Shown: in pieces, positions 48,770-62,806 of the stretch
Layout: each line of letters starts with the position of its first letter
How positions within the stretch are numbered: position 1 is the first letter of the stretch
Assembly: GCF_000143415.4 (NCBI RefSeq)
Contig: NW_003314369.1
Span: 310,001-374,000, forward strand
Source of the DNA: Selaginella moellendorffii
Lineage: Eukaryota > Plantae > Lycopodiophyta
Length of the DNA stretch: 64,000 nucleotides
Direction: 5' to 3'
The notes under the pieces: generated by a model
Told to the model about the DNA's origin: nothing
Seen by the model: only the letters and a program-made list of their open reading frames with translations
Database searches by the model: none
Made by a program: the position numbers and the translations under genes

Positions 48770-50608
48770 GGGTTTCTAAATGTATAGTAGGGATAGTGGG
48801 TAGGTCGAGTATTATCAACCAATCTAAAGCACAATTTAGCTCATGTTTGGTGCTTGTCTTTATTCTGATCCGGTTTGGGTCTAAGCCCAAGTTCCACACC
48901 ATGCTAGCTAGTAGAGTACCTATATCCTCGCATTATGCCACGGTATGTTAAAATAGTGTCAAATTTCATTTAGCTCCGTTTTGCATGCTAGTCTTGGCAT
49001 TGGGATGCTGGAAGCTTTAGGACTATTCCAATGTTACTCTATACTCTTGTCCATTCACTGCTTAGGTTGCTTAAGAGTCATTTCATGCTTCAATTCCTTC
49101 GCTCCTTAGTTGCAAGCTTAGAAGTTGGGTTTCATCCTTTTGTTTAGTGGCCCAAGGCTCTGAAACTCAAGTTCCACTCCACTGTCCTTAGACATGTGAC
49201 ATGTGGCATATGGAGGGTTAGGTTGCACTTTGTGGTTATCTTATAGTAAATCACTATAGAATAAAGGTAAAAATCATATGCACTACATTTAATATTAGAG
49301 AATGAATCTTAGCGAGTACTATCCAATGAGATTGGGCAACTAGTCTCATTGCATATGCAAATATGAAAATGATGATCTGAGTGGGTATATGTTTGGGTGT
49401 TATAACTTCGCATTCATTCTTTAGGTATAGATTTTGATTATCTTTTTGTACTACGTTGTATGAGCTTTTGCTTAGGCTCATAGAATGGATGTTAGATGTT
49501 TCGTTTGCACGAGTTTGTGTTTGGGCTTGTGAGTGAGGCACATTAGTAACTCAAGGTTACACTTTGAGTTGGTAGGATTAATATTAGCCTATCAATGGTT
49601 CCATGAATTTTTCCATGTTAAAATAAACTTTACTTGAGTTTGCTATGAATAGCAAATAGGCTGGTCTGTAGCTATTTAGCATAGCACTAGTGGATCCTTC
49701 TTATGCATGATTATAAGTGGATCAATCAAGATTGTAGGGATTAGTCTATTGGTTCAATTAGTCATTGCCGTGCTCTCTTATAAACTCTTCTTAGATTGGA
49801 CTAAAAGCAGTGCAAATACAAGTTTAAGGTTTAGTTAAAATAAGATCGAAAAGAGGAAGGGACAAAGGATCAAACACATAAATCATATTTCTCTTTGGAG
49901 AGATGATTTAGAAACAAAGTGTGATTTCATTACTTGTATTCATATTATGCAATCAAAAGTCCCTACTTTAATGCATATTGGTTATAATAATCTTATAAAT
50001 GGTGAGTCGTGAGATAGATAGTAGTGAAGCACTAAACCATTTTGTCTAAGTTTGTTATTCAAGTCATTATGATATATCCATGTGGGGGGTTCTAATTATA
50101 TAGTATGAATAATAGGTAGGTTGACCAATCTGAGGCATACTTTAGCTCCCGCTTGCATGTTTGTCTTTGTTCTATATTCAGCTTGAGTCTAAGCCCAAGT
50201 TCCACACCATATTAGCTGGTGGAGTACCTATATCCTTGCATTAAGCCACTAATATGCTAAAATAACCCCATATTTTATTTGGCTCCATTTTGCATATTGG
50301 TCTTAGCATTGGGATGCTAAAAGCTCTAGAACTATTCTAACGTCATTCCATGCTTCTGTCCCTTTGCTCCTTGGGTTAAATACTCAAAAGTCATTTCATG
50401 CATTAGTTTCTTTGCTCATTGGCTGCAAGCTTGGGAATTGGGCTCCATCCCTTCGTTCAATGGCCCAAAACCCTAAAACTCGGGTTACACTCTGTTATCC
50501 CTAAATATGTGGCATGTGATATATGGCACATGGAGGGCTAAGTTCCACTTCGTGATTATCCTATAATTAATCATCATAGGATAAAGGGTAAAAACCATGT
50601 GCGCTACA
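48770..50608 (+). mobile_element. Family-A fragments (LTR 3' half + start of internal region + second LTR 3' half)
   Basis: Homologous to 54110-55430 and 54110-54645; ends gcgctaca at ~50608. Confidence 0.65.
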
Positions 50609-51745
50609 AGCATACAAAGGCATATGAGTAACAATGTTAATCCTAATGTGTGAGATTACAATGTGAGCATATTCAAATTGAAAAACCACTTCCTAGACCA
50701 TTGAGTAGGCTCATCCCTAAAAATACTTGCTAAAGCATGGTAAAAAATGCAAAATTACCCTTCTAGCATAGAGGGGAATAACCAAAAAGAATATATAAGG
50801 CCAAGAGCAAATGGTAAATGGATAGAACTAAAATATAGGATTCAAAGAGCATAGCCAAAGGTGGTTATACAAGTTGGGAGTGGAAAATCAAATGGGTGCT
50901 TGAAGGTGTTATTATTGGCAATTGTGGTATTATAAAGAGTTTAAAGTATAAAATTGCCTATGTTAAAATATATATAAATTATAAAGATTGCAAAAGGCAA
51001 AACTTTAGGGATAGAGTCCCTTTAATATTCCCAAAGACAATTTTGGGTAAATTAGTACCTATAGTATAAATGGTTTATAAGAATACACAAAATTAAAATG
51101 GCACAGCAAAAGTGTGGCTTTTAAGTTTGCCATGACACGATGCTATCAAGGTTAGGGAAATAGTTCTCAAGTGTTCAAAGAGATAACTTTAAATGAAAAT
51201 CAATGGTTGAGCATTTCCATGCTTATGCATAAAACCATGTTATGCTAGTCAAGCAACTTGCTAAGCGAGATTAGTAAGTCAGAAGAACAAAAAAAACCCT
51301 TGTTAAAGGTTTTGACTTAAAAAAGGGTGGCCCATAGGGCCAAGCATGGAGGAGGAGTCCATACATAATCATAGACTAATTAACTAACTTGTAAGGTGAG
51401 AGGACTTAGAAGTTTGGAGGAATTAAATTCTTAAACTATAATCCGTAAGTATAATTTAGTGCACCGGCATGGAGAGTCACATTAGGCATTTTAGGTGATA
51501 TTCTCTATAAATACATATACAAAAGTTGGATTTGAGTCCTAATGCTTTAGTGCTTGGGTTTAAGTCCCAACCTACTAGGACGTGGTGATATTTTGGAATA
51601 TGAGGACATTCATTTTTCAATGGTCATGGACTCTTAATAAGGAGGCTAGCTTGGACACACTGCCAAATAAGGGATATCCCAAAGTTATGATGCACAATTA
51701 AAGTGTTTAGTGTGAAAGTTCGATATATATAACTTGAACACTCTA

Positions 51746-53209
51746 TATAAGCGACTAATTTTTCCATGCTACTTTAGTCACTTAACCACACCTTTGACCA
51801 CTTGGAGGAGTCTCATTCATAACCTTCATAAATCCAATTTAGAACTTGGGGCTTGCTAGCCCCGAGAATGGCATCCATACCACTTAACCTTTGCACTTAA
51901 TCTAAGTGTTCCACATGTCCAATCCCATGACTGACACCCAAAGGTACCACTGACATATCAGCCTGTTACGTTAAGACCATGTCTATTCACCTTTGTCACA
52001 TTTATGATCTAATACCACCTACATCACAGTCCCATTAGGTCATCTGTCTATGAGTGGTCATCCCAAATCCACTCTTTAGCATCCTTAAGATGCCCATAGA
52101 CATGGGGAATAGTCTTCCCCAATATCCCTTTTTCGGTCCCCACCAAGTCCCTTTCTGTCAATGGCTGTGTTCGCCAACACTACCATTGCATCAAGGCACA
52201 CAGGTCCAACCACTAAGTCCCCTTGTTCTCTGGGACTTCCTCACCATATGACTGGATCTTTGGTCACTACACTAGAGGATTGCTCCTCTTCCTTTCCACC
52301 ATCCAAGACTCTAAAACAATATTTCGGAACATCATGGCCCTACACGAGCTTCATAAGTACTCTCCTCACCTTCCACCTTTGGGTGCTTTAGCCATGGGGC
52401 TAAAGTGAGGTTCCATTGAGCCATGCCAGGTATCCAAGTAAGTAGTGCCACCCATGTTTGGACTAAGAGTATCGACCATTTGATCTCCCGGGAGAACTAA
52501 AGTTGGCTCTTGAACAATTCACCAAGTTACCCTGCTTATCAATCTGTATTCACTCTAGCCTTGGACTTCCCAATGGTTATCTCATTACCCAACACCTAGG
52601 CATACCCTTCCTGGGCCAAACTGGCTCCATTGGGTCCAACCCCCACACTCTCCCTACTATACTTTTGGAGGAACCCCCTGGAGCCCCCCCCCCCCCTCCC
52701 CCCCCAAGGGGGACGATCACTTTGGGATTTCACCTAAAAGCCTGTATTAGTATTTGGACTCGGACTCGATCTTGGGTTTAGACTCGGACTCGCTCTCAAT
52801 CTTGGTCTCGGTCTCAGTTCCATCTTGGGTCCATCTCGGCATCTCGAACTCCATCTCGAGTCCATCTCAAACTCCATTTGAACTCCATTTTGGACTCCAT
52901 CTTGGGTCCATCTCGGACTCCATCTTGGACTCCATCGTGGGTCCATCTCAGATTCCATCTCAAGTCTATCTCAGACTCAAACCATGTGTCATGTTTTGAT
53001 CCTTTTGTGTCCCTTTTTTAGAGACTCCTTTATTGCTTGCTTTGTGCTCATTCCTCAAGCACTTCGTTGGGAGTTCCTCTCACACTCTCGACATTTTGAC
53101 TTGGAGCTTTTAGTCCATATGTGTTACACTCATTTGGCTTCCGCCTCAACCACTACCACGTGGCACCTTTTTGGCTCCTCTTTGGGGCCTAGGGATTTTA
53201 TGTTTCACA
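51746..53209 (-). mobile_element. Family-B solo LTR with perfect TSD
   Basis: Flanked by CTCTA at 51741-51745 and 53210-53214. Reverse complement of the family-B LTR. Confidence 0.85.
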
Positions 53210-53509
53210 CTCTAGTGCATGTGGTACTGAGGATGTGGTGAATGAAACAGGGACAACCAATCTCGGTTGCAATGGACCATTAGCTAAAAGAGTTGCCTTG
53301 GGCGCACCACCAAGTGTGGGGGATGCCCCCAGGGTCATGGTCAACAAATTAAAGGTCTAATAGACCTAGTATCTATTGGTAAACTTATTAAAATGTCTAT
53401 GTGGGAACACTAGATGATTCTATAGTTGATATTCAAAAATAAGTTTTTTGGTGGGTTAAAGAATGGTATTCCTAGTTTAAAGTAGTAATTTGAATATATG
53501 GTATAGTGT

Positions 53510-56500
53510 TGTCGCGAATGTGACTTCGGGTATCGAAAGTTACCTGTCGACTAGTCCTTACAGACACTCTTACCTTACTGCCACGATGGCAGGAGGTCGG
53601 TATTGCTGGACCCGTTATTAATCTCCGCCTAAGCTAGTTGAGAAACTGGTCATCACATGTGCACTTAGACCGGAAAGGCACTAAGGAAGGAAATCCTAAG
53701 TTGTCATTTAGTCAAGCAGACTTGACACGGTGATGAGAAACTCATGATGTTGGCTTGCACTTGCTAGTGTTAGGAACCCCCGCGATATTGAGCTTGGTCC
53801 CTCAACATCGCTAGATGATAACTTACCGTGTCTGCCAAACACCCTCGCTATCATGCCCTTTGTGTTAGTCTCATTTCGGTCCCAAATGCTATTTATGGAA
53901 AGTGTTTAGATTTGCTCATTTGGCATATTTATGGAATGTAGAGATTGTCCTGAACATAATGGTGTTCGTCCCATGTCCAAATTCGCAATCTAGGGACATT
54001 CCATATTTAGTAAGTTTCGAGCTTGTCCCAGAGACTAACTCCTGATACTAAGGGAGGCTTGGGGTGAAAGCCCAAAGCGTGTGTTCCTTAAGGGGGGGGG
54101 GGCTATAGGGGATTCCAAATGTATAGTAGGGATAGTGGGTAGGTCGGGCATGGCCGACCAACCTGAGGCATAGTCTAGCTCCCATTTGGGTGCCTGTCCT
54201 TGTTCTGCGTCTGGCTTGGGTCTAAGCCCAAGTTCCATTCTATGCTAGCTGGTGGAGTACCCATGTCCTCGTGTTAGGCCACCAGTATGCCGAAATAGCG
54301 CCAGACTCCGTTTGGCTCCGTTTTGCATGCTGGTCTTGGCATTGGGATGGTGGTTGCTCCAAGACTGTTCCAAGTCGCTCCGGGCTCCTGCCCCTTCGCT
54401 CCTTGGACTTCATGCTCGGGAGTTGCTCCGTGGTTCGGTTCTGTCACTCCTTGGCTCCATGCTTGGGAGTTTGGCACCATTCTTTTGTTCAGTGGCCCAA
54501 GGCCCTGAACCTCAGGTTCCTATGGACATGTGGCATGGACACGTGGCATCTGTCATGTGGCACAAAGAGGGTTTAGGTTCCGCTTCGTGGTGTTATCCTA
54601 TGGTAAATCACCATAGGATAAAGGGTCAAAACCACGTGCGCTACATTTGGTATCAGAGGATGAGTCTCAGCGAGTACTATTCAATGAGATTGGGCAACTA
54701 ATCTTGTTGCATACGCAGAGATGAAAACGATGATCCGAGTGGGTACACGTTTGGGTGCAAAGGCTTTGCAATTGTTCCTTGGGTATAGATTTGGTTACCT
54801 TGTTGTACCATATTCTGTGAGCTTGAGCTTGGGCTCACAAGAGGGATTGAGTTGTTCCGTATGCACGAGTTTGAACTTGGGCTCGTGTGTGAGGCACATT
54901 AGCAACTCGAGGTTACACTTTGAGTTGGTAGGACTAATGTTAGCCTATCGGTGGTTCCATAAGTTGTTCCATGTACCATGGGAAAAAGTAAACCTTCCCT
55001 GGGTTTGCTATGAGTGGCAAATAGGCTGGTCCGTAGCTGTTTAGCATGGCACTAGTGGATCCTTCCTAGGCATGGTTACAAGTGGATCAATCAAGACTGT
55101 AGGGATAAGTCTATTGATTTCAAGTAATTGTTGCTGTGCTCTCTCATAAACTTTTCTTGGATTGGACTGAAGGCAGTGCGAAAGCAAGCTTGAGGTTAAG
55201 TCAAAGATGAGACCGAAAAGAGAGTTATCAAGGACAAAGGATCAAACACGTAAATCATGTTCTCTTCTTGGAGAGATGATTTGCAATGAGGTGTGACTCA
55301 TTGCTCGTGTTCACATTATGTAATCAAGAGTCCCTACCTTGATGCATGTTGGAAATAATGATCTTACAAGTGGTGAGTCATGGGATGGATAGCGGTGAAG
55401 CGTTATACCATTTTGTCTAGGCTTGCTATTGGAAGACTTGGGTTGCAATGCTCAATTCTTTTCCGGGGAACCTTGCTATTGCTCCTTGAGTAGCTTGGTG
55501 TTGGATTAGTGTTGAGTTTGGTCGGATAGAGAGTGGCATAAGCTTGTCCATGTTGTGAACAAATGTTAGTGGTGTTAGGTGTTGTAAATCTCTATTGGTG
55601 GAGTATGGCATTTATGTTGTATTTTGTCGAATTGAGTTGACACTTGATACTCACATAAACCTTTGAAATAATGATATTGGCATTGCTCGTGGTGTTGCTC
55701 AAATGATGATCAAGTCATTGTGATTTCTATATCATATCTATGTGATAATGAGTGATGTGCTTACGAAGTTGCTTGATTAAACGATGATCAACCCCAAAGT
55801 GGTTGATGGTGAAGCTAGTCTACTTGCATGAAGTAGCATTGTAGTAACTTTAATTGAATTCTCAATGGTGATTCATTATGCTAAGCTTAAGTTGGTACGT
55901 TGTTTCCTTGAGGGTTTGCCCATAAGGTGTTGGAAAGGGTTATAGCATTTATTTGCTATAGCTTGTTGGTTTATTCGTTAACACTTAGAGTAGATTGTTA
56001 GATGGAAAAGGTGTGTAGTTAAGGCATTGACATCACTAGCACTCATGTTAGTAGAAGTGGCATTGTTATTTTAAGTGATGAGGAATTTTCCTTAGAGCTT
56101 GATTTTTCATGTCATTTTTCTTGTTAGTGTTTTAGCTTCACATTGATCTTGAAGATGGTTGAAGAAGAGTGTTAGTGCAATATGGATGTCCGAAGATATG
56201 GTCTTCGTGATCAAGCCTTGGATGTTCATTTTGCATTTTGCGAATGTCGGTGTTGGATATTGGAAAAATGGGCAAAGATGTTCGATGCTTAAGCATACTA
56301 TGGGTCATGAGAATTGGTGTTGAAGTGAACTTATGTGAAGTTGTTAATAGAAGGAAGTTGGTTAAGTCTTGAAAGTTTGTATTCCTGGACTGGGAGTCAT
56401 TCTTTCTCTAGGATGGAAAGATTTTCCATAAATTTTCTTAGACTTTTCCAATGGCTGATCTATTATCACTTTGCTCGAAAACCATTCCGTTTTTGTAAAG

Positions 56501-59500
56501 CCAGTACAAACTAGTGAAGGGGTTAGAATTGACTTTGGTTGGCTTAGATCCTAGTAAGTAGTTTGTATGATGCGGCCTAAAAGGGATGCTGACTTTTGGA
56601 GTTAAGGCAATTAAGTTGAATAGAGTTTAGAGTTGATGTAGAAGAGTGGCCGTTGCACTTTTCTAAGAAAGGTGACCCTTGTGCCTTTCTTCTGTAGTGT
56701 TATGCTTGGTGGCAAGTTGCACCTTGCATTTCGTTAAACTCTATGAGAGTAGTGAACTCTCACTGATCTTGACTTAATCTTGGTAGCCTTGCACCTTAGC
56801 TAAGGATGGTGATGTCCAACTTAGTTATTTGTAGTTGAGATGTTGGTACCCATACTATAACTTTGTCTAAATGGAGGTTGTGTGCCAACATGAGTCCATC
56901 TCATGGTCTTCACTTAAGTTTCGACTTAGTATTGATTATGTGTAGCTAACCTCTTCAAGGCATGCCCAAAGCTATTAGCTAAATGCATTGGTGAGCTTAT
57001 CGCGGTTGAGTTAGATTCAAGTAGTCATTTAGTTCGTGCTTGTCCATGAACCTTTATCTCGTACCTGGGGATATTAGACAAGTATATAACTCGAATGCAT
57101 GAGTTTAATGTTTGGGTCTTGTGAAGGCAAGTTGAAAGAGTGATTGTTAGTTACTTTGCGACTAGTGATTGCTTATATTACTTTGTCAAAGACTGTTAAC
57201 ACTTGCTTCACTCGATGATGATTTAATGGTGATGGGTTTGCTTTACCGGATGGTATTGCGAAGGATCGTGTCGTTAGACTTACATGGGTTTTCCATGTTG
57301 GCAAATCGACTCTACTTCTATCGATATCATTTGGTTGTGTTTATTTTGTGGTGTTGGATTTCATTGAGTCTTGGACATGGTGATTCACTCCTTGATGAAG
57401 TGTTATCTGTAACTGAGTATTGTTGAAGGATTGGTCTCGGATACTGAGTTAAGTATCTTCGACCTTGGTTAGCTTAGTTGTTAGAGAGTTTTGAGTGGTG
57501 ATTCACTCTTGCTTTTTTCTAACTTTGTTTTGGTGTTGATGGCATTGAAGTGATGCCTAGTCGTTGACATTATTGGTGTTGAGATTTAAGTGAGATGAGA
57601 TGTCTCTCTTTAGGATTGATATTGAGTTTCATTAGTCTCGATGAAAATAGTGTTGATGATTTGGCTATGGCTTTGTGTTATTGGCATTTGTTCAATTGCT
57701 AGTTAGCAACTGTGTTGACGTTCAAACAAACTGAGTAGCAAGTTTGAGTTAGTTGTGTTCTAGACGAGATTATTTAGTGAGCTTTGGCTTTTCCTTGAAA
57801 AGTGATTCAGTCATGGACTATGCTAACTCTATAAGTGGAAGAGTTAGTGATCGATATTGGAATGTTTGAATCCTGCTTGGATTTGAGTTGGAATATATCG
57901 ATCATTGATGATTCATCTTATGTTTGTTATGAAGTGAGTTACGTCTTACTATAAATGGATTTATGGAGGATCGTTTGGTGATCACTTGTTGAGCATAGCT
58001 TTGTTATGCTTAGCTTTTGGATTGATGCAACCATGCTCTTCATTAGCTTTGGCATTATGAAGTTTAGCTTATGGATGTGTTGAGGAGGATATTGTGGGTT
58101 GTACCATGGTTTCTTCTTTACCATTGAAATTAATTCATGCAAAACTTGTGATCATTGTTATGCAAGACTTGGCTATAGGCTTCTTCGAGCTTTTGGTTCC
58201 TTGAGCTTTCATGCTTGTGGTCCATTCGTTAGAAGTTGTTGGGGAAGGCATTTTAGCTCATTAGCTTCGATATTGAAGTTGGCTCTTGCATCTGGTGATC
58301 ATTAGTGATGATTAACTATCATCTTAGATAGTTAATTATCCTTGTCAAAGAGTTTTGTTTAGTTATTGTTGATATAGACTGAGTTGCTATTCTTCGGGAT
58401 GGTAGATTCTTTCTTCAATGATGATTATGCATCTCTTTCTTGATGGGATGATTAATGATCTTTCATAATAGTTAATTATTCTCTTTGATGGTTTTTGGCT
58501 TTTTGCAATACCACATGTTCTTTGTGGTTTGTTCTGGATTGGTCTCTTGGGTTTGAGACGTCAGTAGGATGTGGCTGACACTTGCTTAGGCAACTTGAGT
58601 TCCTTGGTGTTGTTGGCTGGGATCTATTTGGATTAGCTAGTGTGATAGTTGGCATAAACGAGTGTTTGTTGGTTTTGCCACATTCATTCTATTATGTTGA
58701 TTTTTGCTCGAGTTAGTTCTGATAGATTGGGATGTTATTTCCTTCGGGTGATACATTCGTGAGCATTTTGCTTGCCAGTTAATGATACTTTATGTTCTTT
58801 GAGTTGTCTTTGGTAAGTTGTTTTGGTATTTTGTCTGCAATCTTTGATAGTTAAGTTTTATCATTGAGTTTCCTTGATAATATACTTGTTATTGAACTTT
58901 GTTGGATGGTCCATCCTATGTTTCCAAAAATGATGATCTTGGTGGTTCCTATCTACTATAATACTAGTTTATTGGATGATAACTTACTTGGAATACTTTT
59001 GTGTTCTAATCTAATATTTAATCATTGGTAATTAAGTCTCTAAGATATCATTGTCTATGACTTTGATATTGTCCATCTATTGATCTTTGAGTTTGGGCCA
59101 GTATAGGCAGACTGGCTTCGGCACTTCGTGTGCATGGTGAAATCTCTAGTCATGGGGTAGCTACTGTCGACTGGTCACATAACCCCCCTCTTTGTCGATG
59201 TTCCTTATTCCGTTAAAAGGGCATGACCGTGTAAACAACTCTAACTGCCTGTTTATAGTAGTTTATCTAAACCTTACCGACGGGTTTGGTTTCTTTGCTC
59301 AGGAGGGTTGAGGCCTCTAGCTTCTCTCTCTATGCCACCTGCGAGCAGGGGCGTATCACACTTTTGTAAGCTGGGTGACTCCCAGAGCAACAAGGGTGGC
59401 TAACTCCGTTGGTCCTTTCCTTGTCAGCGACAACCAAAAGGTGTCTGAGTTGGTAGCGCATCCGCGTTAGACAAAGAGGTTACCCCTAACTCATTTAAGT

Positions 59501-60754
59501 TGGTGCATTTCTCACATAGTGTGAGTACCGTGAACTTTTTCTGGAGTTGTTTCCTTGGCGGTATTCTAGACTTGAGTATGCATCAACGAGGATGTCGATC
59601 TTCCCTAGGGGGGGAGAGTGTCGCGAATGTGATTTCGGGTATCGAAAGTTACCTGTCGACTAGTCCTTACGGACACTCTTACCTTACTACCACAATGGCA
59701 GGAGGTCGGTATTGCTGGACCCGTTATTAATCTCCGCCTAAGCTAGTTGAGAAACTGGTCATCACATGTGCACTTAGACCGGAAAGGCACTAAGGAAGGA
59801 AATCCTAAGTTGTCATTTAGTCAAGCAGACTTGACACGGTGATGAGAAACTCATGATGTTGACTTGCACTTGCTAGTGTTAGGAACCCCCGCGATATTGA
59901 GCTTGGTCCCTCAACATCGCTAGATGATAACTTACCGTGTCTGCCAAACACCCTCGCTATCATGCCCTTTGTGTTAGTCTCATTTCGGTCCCAAATGCTA
60001 TTTATGGAAAGTGTTTAGATTTGCTCATTTGGCATATTTATGGAATGTAGAGATTGTCCTGAACATAATGGTGTTCGTCCCATGTCCAAATTCGCAATCT
60101 AGGGACATTCCATATTTAGTAAGTTTCGAGCTTGTCCCAGAGACTAACTCCTGATACTAAGGGAGGCTTGGGGTGAAAGCCCAAAGCGTGTGTTCCTTAA
60201 GGGGGGGGGGGCTATAGGGGGTTCCAAATGTATAGTAGGGATAGTGGGTAGATCGGGCATGGCTGACCAACCTGAGGCATAGTCTAGCTCCCGCTTGCAT
60301 GCCTGTCCTTGTTCTGCGTCCGACTTGGGTCTAAGCCCAAGTTCCATTCCATGCTAGCTGGTGGAGTACCCATGTCCTCGCGTTAGACCACCGGTATGCC
60401 AAAATAGCGCCAGACTCTGTTTGGCTCCGTTTTGCATGCTGGTCTTGGCATTGGGATGGTGGTTGCTCCAGGACTGTTCCAAGTCACTCCGGGCTCCTGC
60501 CCCTTCGCTCCTTGGGCTTCATGCTCGAGAGTTGCTCCGTGGTTCGGTTCTGTGACTCCTCGGCTCCATGCTTGGGAGTTTGGCACCGTTCCTTTGTTCA
60601 GTGGCCCAAGGCCCTGAACCTCAGGTTCTTGTGGACACGTGGCATGGACACGTGGCATCCGTCACGTGGCACAAAGAGGGTTTAGGTTCTGCTTCGTGGT
60701 GTTATCCTATGGTAAATCACCATAGGATAAAGGGTCAAAACCATGTGCGCTACA
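53510..60754 (+). mobile_element. Full-length family-A non-autonomous (LARD-like) LTR retroelement
   Basis: LTRs 53510-54645 and 59619-60754 (1136 bp each, TG..CA, about 35 differences by eye). TSD AGTGT at 53505-53509 and 60755-60759. PBS TGGTATCAGAG at 54648. PPT agggggggagag at 59607-59618. No long internal ORF. Confidence 0.93.
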
Positions 60755-61825
60755 AGTGTGACTTAGTTAAGGTGACAAAGTGAAAAACAATACAATAGTA
60801 TGGTGAGTCCAAGAAAGTAATCTCTAAAAAAGACATATAAAAAGGGCTATAGATAAAGCCCATAATAGAAAATGCTAAAGAAATTTACTAGAGGTGAACA
60901 CCCCTTTGGGTTTGGCAAAGTAGAGCCTTTGCTATGAATGCTCCAAGGATGGAAATAATAATCCTATGTTACTTGGTGTAACAATCAAAGGATAAAAGCA
61001 AAAGTTTAGTAGCCAAGAATAGATTATAGAAATTATTGAAAGGAATCCAAATAATAAATTTAAGTATGGAATATTTATGTGGTGGATGCTAACAAATTGT
61101 GGGAAAGAAAATATATTTCTAAGGATGGGATTCCTAAATACTCCTATTGGCGAAGATGAAAACTCCAAAAAATGGAGTGGCAAAATAGCCAAATGATAGA
61201 AATGATATCCCTAACACAAATTATGGATAAATGGAATTTGTGGCATGAAATAAAAAAGAAAATGATAGTGCCCTTAAGTACAAAACTTCTTAAGATAGAA
61301 AAATAGAGTTTACACAACATCAAAAGCACCAAGGAAATTGATTTGAAAAATTAATATCAATTCTATAGTATAATGGTTATGATGATAAAGCCTAAGACTA
61401 CTCTGGAAAATTTAGTCACTTACAAATATCTAAAAAGACTTGTTAATAGGTAACTTTTGATATCTACAATCATATTTATGACATATTATTAGTCCATGCT
61501 CTTATTTTTTTGTTCTTTGTTTGTTTGGGTCCTCAAGAGTTTGGTTTTATCACTTTATTTAACAGTTTAAAGCCTTGAAACTTGGGATTTAATTTGCTGC
61601 TTTTAGCATATATGTTCAAAAGTTAAGTTCCATTACATTAAAACCATATATGCTCCTTCTCTCTAGACTCAGGAGATGGTTTACATTCATGAATTAAGTA
61701 CAAGGAAGCATAAGTTGGATTTGGGAGTCACTAGCCTATACATTGTGATGGACTTTCTTTTGATTGTATGATTCAATTGAGCTATTAAGAAATTTCTATA
61801 ACAGTGACAACCATAAAGACACCCA

Positions 61826-62806
61826 CAGGGATAACCACTGAAGCTAAACAGATCAGCTTTGCATGGCTAATTGTTATCAGGTAATTACGTTTCATGACAC
61901 TTAGCAGATTAAATCCATGCCAATAATTGGAGGCAGACCATTGGCAAATGTACATGATCCAGTGGTCTAGGATGTTGTTCATTGGTTGATTAGGTGAGAA
62001 GGATTGGTTCCAGGATTTGAATCTAGAGCTTCCAATGTAGCATGACAAATTGTTGGACAAGCTGAAAGTCCTGGGCTAGATTTGGGAACCATCTTGGGAG
62101 AGGCCCCAAGTCGTCATCTGGATTTTGGTGGCAGAATGGAATTACAGGCAGCTGTCAGGGTTGCAATGGCAAGAATGTGAAAATCTGAATAACCCAGAGT
62201 ATGATTGAGAGAATGACCACCTGAAGCTTCAAGAGTGGTTGTAGAAATTGAAGCATTGTGGGGATACTAAGAATGTGGACAAGGTGCCATTCGCCTCAAT
62301 CTTTCTCAAAGATCTGGCATTGGAGTGGTTTCATAACTTGGAACCCAGAATCTTTCCAGACTGGGAGCAGTTCAAAACAATGATCACAGACACATTCACG
62401 GTTTAGAATTTCCCTTCAACAAACTTTGTGATCTTTGTTATGACTGTCAACGTCAAACTCTCTAAGCTTTTTAACACCTTGTGGTTGCAAGCTCGGTATG
62501 AGGTGGTGGGTGTTAGTCAATGTTATGGAGCAGCATTGCCATCAACCATGGCTGGAGATGTGCTCAAACAAAGCAGCTATGGTAGCAGACCTTGGTGGGA
62601 GAGTACATTTCTGTGGATATGGACTCAATCTCAAACAATGAGGAGATCTTGGCTTGAGAAGCTAGAGGAATGTCTTCCAGATCAGACTCTTTGACGGATG
62701 ATCTCATTACTTTGACATGGATTTAATCTGCCAAGTGTTCATGAAACGTTTTTTAAAAACTTTGGCCATGCAAAGCTGATATATTTAAACTTGGTGGTTG
62801 TCCCTG
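61826..62806. mobile_element. Paralog of the inverted-repeat element with gag-like fragment, upstream of copy 3
   Basis: Arms 61826-61920 and 62716-62806. Interior ~62250-62400 reads DKVPFASIFLKDLALEWFHNLEPRIFPDWEQFKTMITDTF. Confidence 0.55.
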
